The notes beneath the pieces were generated by a model that did no database searches, had not been told where the DNA came from, and saw only the letters and a list, made by a program, of their open reading frames with translations. Below, one piece after another: positions 53,560 through 64,000 of a DNA stretch of 64,000 nt. This stretch comes from Eledone cirrhosa (lineage: Eukaryota). The stretch's first letter is position 1; the number at the start of each line of letters is the position of its first letter. Both the position numbers and the translations under genes were made by a program. The DNA lies in NCBI GenBank assembly GCA_964016885.1, contig OZ024740.1, forward strand, positions 80,786,001-80,850,000, given 5' to 3'.

Positions 53560-54340
53560 TTTGCAAAACAAAATAATTCATCGTATATAAATCTGTTCAT
53601 GCAAAATACCCATTCAGGAACTCTCGGCATAGGAAAGCAGTTCTTACTGTTAGCTTTTGTTTTCTTTATTCAGATCAAAGTAATTTATGAATTAGTATCC
53701 ATATTGAATTAAATCTGTACATGATATCACGAATATATTTATTTTTATACCAGAGTCTTTCACTTATACGAGAATATATGTGGTTGAGGCGGTATTGAAA
53801 GCAAATCAGAAATGCAGTTTCTTTCTATATATGCAATAACTATTTTGAAGATAAAATGAATGGAAAATTAATGGTCATCTTAAATGACAAGCGTTTCCGC
53901 CATTCCATTTCCCCTTTCCTCACTTTATATATAATACTTGCAAGAATATTTTCCGATCTTTTTAAACCCTCTTCTTCTCTTTTCTGTTTCATTTTCCCCG
54001 GTCTCCAATTCTTTCCTTTCAGACGCATGACTAACCTCAGAAATACCAAAACGAATTTGTTTCATTTTAAGCACTAAACAAATATCATATCATAGTTTCA
54101 TGCTTTAGCTGTATTGTTGATATTTGTCGTTTGTTAATTTTTTTTTCTGTTTTCGAAAGTCGGTATCATGCTCCACATGTTCATACCACAGCATCTCCAT
54201 AGTCTAATAGCTGAAACCATTAAAAAAGATATAAGAATATATCCATGAATCTGTCTCTTATTACGTTTACTCCACTTAACAGCGTGTGGCATTTTTTCAC
54301 TGGAGACAATATGATCAACTAAAATTCCTTCCAAAGACTG
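53560..54340 (-). pseudogene. Decayed coding-like region resembling a toti-like virus RNA-dependent RNA polymerase
   Basis: Collinear degenerate motifs AVKWSKRNKRQIHGYILISFLMVSAI, EMEWRKRLSFKMT, ICFQ, RFNSIWILIH and RTAFLCREFLNGYFA*. GDD is not preserved. Confidence 0.45.
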
Positions 54341-54857
54341 GAACCAGTAAAGGAATAATGTAAAACATAAAATAGAAAGAAAGTTATATGCAAATATAAC
54401 AATGGAAATATTAAATGAGAATATGCAAATGAAAAAATACACAACGTGAAATATACATTCATAAAAAAACATTGAGAAAGAAAATTTAATGTTAAATTGT
54501 AATAGAAGAAATGAAAATATAAAATTCAAAATGATGTATTTTAAATTAGCTGAAAAGTATAAATATTAAATATTTCGAATAATAAAATAGTTGTTGCAAA
54601 ATGCAAAATACAAGGCCTAGAAATAATGTATGCATAAACAATATAATAAAACGATAGCCAGATGTATACAATTAATCAATTTCGAAAAAAAAAAAAATAT
54701 ATATATATATCAAATGTGAATTCATACCTGAAAACATAAAAAAAATGAATGACGGTGAATCTAGGAATTCCAAGCTATAAATGATGATTAAGTAAATATA
54801 ATTGTATCAGGTGAGTTTCAAATTGCGAATGACAAACGATGAAGGATAAATGATAAA

Positions 54858-55050
54858 TAATTGTTTCTACTTTTAGCACAAGGCCAGCAATTATCCCAGT
54901 GTATTACTGGTACTTTATTTTATCGATCCCGTAAGGATGAAAAGCAAATTTAACATCGGCGGGATTTGAACTCTGAACATAAGAGGTCGTAACTCTTTGC
55001 TGCAAAGCATGGCGTCCAACTCTCTGCCGATACTGCCAATCCACTGACCT
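54858..55050 (-). mobile_element. Full-length OK-like SINE
   Basis: Reverse complement of the 51257-51445 element. Confidence 0.85.
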
Positions 55051-55862
55051 AAATGTTACAACAATGCATGCTCTAGTGGGACACTTAATAGAGGTGCTTG
55101 CTCATGAAATTGCATATAAGTCACTGACCATTCCACTATATAAGGTTCTGAGTGCATGCCAAGGCTGGCCATTCGAATTATCCGATTTGCTTCCATGTAG
55201 CTTTCCCCTAAGTAATTTCACGCACAAGGTCTACTCGAAGCTATGGTACATGTCTCCGTGCGCTGACGTAACAGCACTCTAAGCTCACCAGTTGGTATAT
55301 CACATAATAACTGAAATAATTCTGAAATAGACATACTAATTTGTATATAATTAGCGCTCGTGTTTGTAATTAATTAAGAAGTGCGCTAGCAGGCGGAGTG
55401 TATGATAAAGTTATAACGGTAAAAATACAGACTGTGTAACCGAGTTTGAAACACTATGTATACATATATACACATATCTTAATATGTATGCATTTACAAA
55501 TGCCAGAAAGTACGAAATTCCCAGTAAATTGAAAAAATGATTGACATCTTTAATCAATTTTCGTATGTTATTGGTCCATCATCAAACGACGTGTGTATCA
55601 TCCAATTAACCACAAGGAAGTATGTAGTTGATACTTCCTTGTGATTAATTGGATTATATATATATATATCCATTCGCTCTTATTACTTTTCTGAAACGGA
55701 CATATCATTTGTTATCACACCGTATTTTTTATGAAGTAATATAGTCTAATAATAAGCCCACTGATCGAAAATGAATAAGCAATTTTTCCGTGTTACGGCC
55801 TTATACGCTTATCTATTGGAGTATGGTATATATACTGAAACATGGTGAAATCTAATACTACC

Positions 55863-55937
<75 letters not shown>

Positions 55938-55969
55938 AATTTGTAGTTTACTTGAAGTATTGTATATAG

Positions 55970-56852
<883 letters not shown>

Positions 56853-56944
56853 AAATACCAATGATGGTTGGAAAATCACTGACGTAGGACTATTTTTATC
56901 ATATGTAACCTATGTGCAACCACGCAGTATTCTTCTTTCTTCTC

Positions 56945-57009
<65 letters not shown>

Positions 57010-57664
57010 ATATATAATAGTTTCAATGAAAATAAAAGTTACGGAAGAAAGAGGGTAATATCCAAACCACCAAGCCCGCCATTTTATTCATATAATTTTC
57101 CTTCCGCTGTGACCCGTCTTTTCTCACCATGATGCTATCCTCGCACACCCCCTTCTCTCTCCTTCTCCCTCTTACTTTCGTTCACTACCTCTGCTAGTCA
57201 CCATCTCTCTGCTAGCCTACCACTATAACTATCTCTTTCTCGCTTCTTCTTACTTTCACCCACTCCTCCTCTGCTAGTCACCCTCTCTAGGCTAGCTCAC
57301 TTCCTCCCTCGCCCGCCACTGCAAGCAGCCTCCTTTCTCGCTGACACTGCTGCAGTGAAGACGTGTCTGTTCTCTTGTCAAACATGCCAGATTTATGTTC
57401 GAAAAAATTTGTTGACTTGATATTTTTCCTCTCTTTACGTTGCTTCATTTTTCGTATCTGTTTACGATTTTCTCTCTCTTCTTTTTTATCCCAACAACTT
57501 ATTTTAGTTATTGCTCGCCCTAGGCTGATGTATATTATCTCTAACGTGAAGAAATTCCTATGATTCCCAGCAGACAACTGACGATAGATATTAACCTTCT
57601 TTCGTCCGTAACCTTTACTTTCCTTATACTTAAATGAACCACACAGCCCACCATTATATATATA

Positions 57665-59245
<1,581 letters not shown>

Positions 59246-59289
59246 ATATATATATATGCGCGCGCGTGTGTGTGTGTGTGTGTGCAAAA

Positions 59290-59657
59290 GGTAAACAGAA
59301 ATAACAGGAAGAGGGTTTTAACGTTTCGGACGCTAGTCCTTCATCCGAAGAAAGAATGAGAAATTACATAGATTGAAGTGACAGGTGGGTTGGAATTGGA
59401 AAAAAATGTCTTTAGATAAAAATAACGCGTCCATTCCTGTTGCCATCTCTTCGAAAACTGTTGTTTTGTATATGAAATATTTTTTGGGGAAAGTGGATGA
59501 TGAAGCGCGTCTACCTGAAATGGAAAAAGAAAACCGTTTTGTATAAAGAGCTATACTTGTGTGCGCGCGCGTTTGTGTGTTATACGTCCGTAAGTACAAG
59601 GGGGGTGTCCGTGCTTGTAAGTACGAAGCTATGAGCAAAAGTATGTTAATATAAGGC

Positions 59658-59739
<82 letters not shown>

Positions 59740-59744
59740 TGTGT

Positions 59745-59775
<31 letters not shown>

Positions 59776-61040
59776 AGTGTGCGCGTGTGTGTGTGTGCGC
59801 GTGTGCGTGTGTGTGTGTGTCTATACAGAGCTTTGAAGGAAAAAGTGGAGTGTGCGTATTTTGTTGGTCTGTATTAGTTGCAAGTGTATATGCTTCTGAC
59901 TATAAGAGAGCCATAGGAATCTAGGGTGAATGTACAAGCACGCTGTGATTGAAGAAATTGAGGAGGTAAATCAGACACTGTTGAGATCTGGTGTGCGAGG
60001 CCTGTGATACGTGATGTAAAAAGACACCCAGGAGTGTGACATGTAACGAAGAGTGACCAGTAGAACGGAAATGACTGGCGACGGGATTATCCAAACCGAG
60101 TCGTATGTCCCTCAAATGCTCAGCAAAACGGTCCGCCAAATGGCCTCCCGTTTGTCCGATGTATAAGGACGCGCACAGGGAAAACAGAATGGCATAGAAA
60201 ACGTGGGTGGGGGAGGTGAAGGAGTGGTTGATTTTGAATGACCCGTTAGGGCCTGTGAGAGTGGTGTTGGTGGAAATGAAAGGGCAAGTGATGCAGCGCA
60301 TACGAGAGCAAGGATGAGAGCCGGGTGGAGTCGTAGGAGAGGACGAGAAGGAACTACGTACCAGGAGGTCGCGGAGGTTACGGACGGGCTTAAATACGGT
60401 AATAGGTGGGTTAGGAAAAAAAACGAGAAGTGACGAGGTCAGAAGACGGGAAGGAACGGAGGATATGTCACCGGAGTGGAGGTCTGATGGGGTGGTAGGT
60501 GAGAGGGAAATGAAGGCGGGTGTTGGGAGGGCGCTGATGAGGCGAGAGGGCTGTGGCACGTTCGGTTTCACGGGCGCGGGTGAGAGCAGCTTGGGTCAGG
60601 GTGGGGTTATATTCACGCGGGATGAGGCAGGAGCCATGTGATGGGAATGGGTTTCAAAATCGTCGTCCTGGCTACAGAGCCAACGAAGACGGATGAATTG
60701 GGAATAGGGTATGGAGTGTTTGGTGTGGATTGGATGGGAGGAGATGAAGTTGAGGTCAAAGTGGGAGTCGGTCGGTTTATAGAAGATGGAAGTAGAGATG
60801 TTGTGGTGAGAGTGATTGATACATAGAGAGATATCGAGAAAAGGGACAGAAGAATCGATGACGGAAGCGGTGAGAGCCGGAGGAAAATATTGGACAAAAG
60901 ATAGAAAGCAATCGAGCATTCCACGTGATAGAGAGGTGGCGCCGATACAGTCGATGATATAACGTCCGTATAGCTCAGGAGTAGCTCAAGCATACTGGAA
61001 AAATATCAGGGCTTCGACGTAGCCAACAAACAAGTTGAAA
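59290..61040 (-). mobile_element. Penelope-like element (Neptune-type) 3' portion: RT end, GIY-YIG and pLTR with hammerhead; same family as 6378-7415
   Basis: VPFLDISL, FYKPTDSH, SIPYSQFIRLRWLCS, CSRMRCITCPFI and YAI.FSLCASLYIGQTGGHLADRFAEHLRDI. CGGATGAAGGACTAGCGTCCGAAACGTT at about 59320-59347. Confidence 0.92.
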
Positions 61041-61711
61041 AAGAAATATATATATATATATAAATATAATGTCAATCATTGTAAGTTTGAATCTAACTGC
61101 CATCCCAAATCATATATATAGGAATAAGCTAAGCCTAAATCATTATAGATTCAAATATTACAAAGAGAAATACAGGGGGGGGGGGATGAGGTGCAACAGA
61201 AATGAAACAAGGATTATAGGTTAAAATATAGTCTAGATAGATGTGAAACAAAATGAGTATGTAGTTTATGGAACACCCAAATGATTTAGAAGTCCACCTT
61301 AAGTAGGAGAAATAACATTAAGAAAAACATGAACGACACGACAAGACGTTCATTTTGAAAGCAGGTTTATAAGTATGAATTTTCATAAGATTTTCGTACT
61401 TGTCTTTGTGGCAATATTTTTTATTGGAGAAGGCAAGTTATTCTTCTGCAAAGATTTGATTGCACTGTTTTCTTTCCACTTAAGTATTTTTCGAAAATAT
61501 TATTTATTCATTATAAAAATTAAATGATAGCATTCTATATGTAGGTATCTGCCGTACTAAGAGTGAGAAATGAAATTTCGTTTCATTCTTTTCCATTTAT
61601 CGTTTTCGGTATGCCCGGCCGACTAACTCACTCGATATGCAAATTAGGCCGTTAATATACATAAGGAAAGTATATACTTTCAGACGTTCAATCATCTGAC
61701 AGAGAGGTATG

Positions 61712-61744
61712 CGATGCTGACGATAGCTTGAAACTAGTACATCG
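61712..61744 (+). ncRNA. Hammerhead motif with deleted stem II
   Basis: CGATG-CTGACGA-TAGCTT-GAAA-CTAG-TA-CATCG. Confidence 0.6.
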
Positions 61745-62126
61745 TTCCTGTGTCAGTGTTGAACAAGAGGGCGACGATGGTTGCCGAGCACTGTACGGCT
61801 TAATTCGGGCTGTTTGTTTACATACAAACCGAACATTAAAATAAATGTTCGGTAAACCCATACGTACATATATATATGTGTGCATGTATATATATACATA
61901 CAACTGTACGTCTGTATACATATATGTATGTACGTATACATACTTATATTCAGGTGTCAGCCGTACTAGAGTTAGAAATTAAATTTCGTTTCATTCTTTT
62001 CCAATTATCCTTTTTGGTATGCCCGTCCGACTAACTCACTCGATATGCAAATTAGGCTGCTCAGCCGTTATTATGCATAAGGAAAGTATGTACTTTCAAA
62101 TGTTCAATCATCTGACAGGAAGGTAT

Positions 62127-62169
62127 ACGATGCTGACGATAGCTAATAAGCTTGAAACTAGTTCATCGT
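62127..62169 (+). ncRNA. Minimal type I hammerhead ribozyme
   Basis: ACGATG-CTGACGA-TAGCT-AATA-AGCTT-GAAA-CTAG-TT-CATCGT, with palindromic stem III ACTAGT. Confidence 0.8.
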
Positions 62170-62370
62170 TCCTTTGTCAGTGTTGAACAAAAGGGCGACG
62201 ATGGTTGCCGAACACTGTACGGCTTAATTCGGGCTGTTTGTTTACAAACAAACCGAACATTATAATAAATGTTCGGTAAACCCATACGTACATATAAATA
62301 TGTGTGCATGTATGTATATATATACATACTACTGTAGGTCTGTATACATATATGTATGTACGTATACATA

Positions 62371-62429
<59 letters not shown>

Positions 62430-62559
62430 GTATGTGTAAAATAAGAAGTTTACAAGGCTAGCATACGTTTCCCTGCTAGTACCGGTTGCATCTCAGCATA
62501 CTTAATAGGTAAGGTTGTGTAAAAATCCCAGAGTGGACACAAAGTTGATTGCTTCAATA

Positions 62560-62891
62560 CAACGTTTCTCAACCGGTGTTCCTCGGAACCCTAGGAATCC
62601 GCAAGAGGTCGCTAGGGGTTCTGTGAGAACCAGTTATAAATAAACTAATGTATTTCTTAAAAGTAATTTTTGTTAAATTTTATATTTGTAATTTTACTAT
62701 GCATTTACGGCATATTGTCGGAAAATCCTTGTTTATTTTAAGAAAGGCTTCAACCTCTTATATTATTTAAAACTAGGTCAATATAAGAGATAGATATTAA
62801 TAATGGTATATAATAATTTTTATGTAGGGGTTCCCTGAGACATGAACCTATTTCAAGGGTTTCATAACGGTAAAAAGGTTGAGAAACGCTG
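62560..62891. mobile_element. hAT-type MITE with 8-bp TSD
   Basis: TIRs CAACGTTTCTCAACC / GGTTGAGAAACGCTG. CTTCAATA is duplicated at 62552-62559 and 62892-62899. Confidence 0.92.
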
Positions 62892-63533
62892 CTTCAATAC
62901 AACACATGTAAATGGGTACCATAAATTCTATACCCGTACTCGAGTTTCGGCCACACTTAATACAGCAACAAAGCGTACAGAATCTACTGTCTGCATTTAT
63001 CATGCAACAGTGCACAATTGGCGCATATTGCTTCATCAGCGGGTATCACCTAATCAATAAATAATCGATCAACAGAATTCGATTCCAATCTGTGCTGCCT
63101 CTCGAAGTGAATGCTCCAGGCGGCAGAGTAGTACATTGGTACCTGAAATACCCACGCGTCATCAGCAGGCCGTCAACCGATTGGCCACTGGTTCAGAAAT
63201 TCAGGTGATGGTAGGAGTCGAAATTCTAGTGATTCTGCCACTCCGTAAGGACACCCCATCATATCTCAAGTCAAACGCGAATTAACAATTGAGTGAAAAA
63301 ATCGGTTATTAGAGAAAATCTGTCTCGAATCGCTGTACAATAGAATGATAGCATTTAGCTCTAGTCTCCAAGTACCATGCCGTTGCAATAGTAATCAATG
63401 GAAGTGCCTAAAACTTTTTTAGACATTAAATGCCAACCGGCAATTAGACAGCGATAAAGAATTAGCGGACTGGTTAGAATTCGAATTTGGGTCATATAGA
63501 TCAATATATCTTATTATTATTATTATTATTATT

Positions 63534-64000
63534 GACGAAAGTGGATGTACGTTTTTTGAAGCTCCGTGAGTAAGCAATTTTTTGAGGATTAATTGTGGAG
63601 AATTGTTTATTTTTTTGTACCGCTGAAGCATTATAAGACATTTATTTGTATCCTGTGAAGGAATAACTCATAATATTTGGGCCTTTTGGCCCAAATATTT
63701 GAACTTTATTTTGGAAAAATAATAATTGTTTTTCTCAAAAAAACATGGCGGAGCCACGCCCCCCAGAGGCGGGTCTGCTGTCGTGCAACGGCGACTTGAG
63801 CGTTGAGAGGAGAGGTGGGGCGAGGAGCGCCACCAGCACGAGTGTGAGCAGCGACAGTGCCAGCACCAACGGGCCGAGCGGCGCGGAAGGTGGTAACAGC
63901 GACAACACCAACACCAACAAGCCGAACAGCGCAGAAGGTGGTAATAGCGAAAGCACCAACAAAACGAACAGCACAGAGAGTAATAGTAGCGACAGCAGCA
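63534..64000 (+). mobile_element. 5' end of a probable second Tx1-like LINE; ORF1 starts at 63745 and runs off the window
   Basis: Follows (ATT)n. Its leader resembles that of the 26930 element, and ATGGCGGAGCCACGCCCCCCAG parallels ATGGCGGAA...GCCACGCCCCCCAAG. Open frame MAEPRPPEAGLLSCNG... is Ser/Asn/Thr-rich. Confidence 0.6.

Larger units (their letters stand above)
61543..62375 (+). repeat. Tandem dimer of ~410-420-bp units, each with a hammerhead (retrozyme-like)
   Basis: About 61543-61950 is repeated at about 61952-62375. The hammerheads are 416 nt apart. Ends in (TA)n. Confidence 0.85.

Noticed and set aside
63140-63170. CTGATGA on the minus strand as another hammerhead
   Set aside because: No stem II, GAAA or closing stem I.

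Overview
AT-rich, microsatellite-saturated eukaryotic DNA, most likely an octopus/coleoid cephalopod (inferred from tRNA-derived SINEs resembling octopus OK/OR families and dense (TA)n/(CA)n tracts). I found no convincing host protein-coding gene. The window is nested mobile DNA: the 5' end of a Helitron, several Penelope-like elements (two Neptune-type fragments, one near-complete copy with direct pseudo-LTRs, one Naiad-like copy with an inverted pLTR), a near-intact Tx1-clade LINE inside a (CTAT)n tract plus the start of a relative after an (ATT)n tract, a mariner, hAT fragments and a MITE, RTE remnants and many SINEs. Two things stand out. (1) About a dozen minimal hammerhead-ribozyme motifs of unrelated sequence sit in small non-coding elements next to (TA)n tracts. 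These include a 445-nt unit that starts at its own predicted cleavage site and a 416-nt tandem dimer, both retrozyme-like, and many are associated with fold-back palindromes. (2) Heavily decayed coding-like stretches, translated by hand, resemble the RdRp and capsid of a toti-like dsRNA virus and are candidate endogenous viral elements. All family assignments come from motif recognition by eye; no database search was run.
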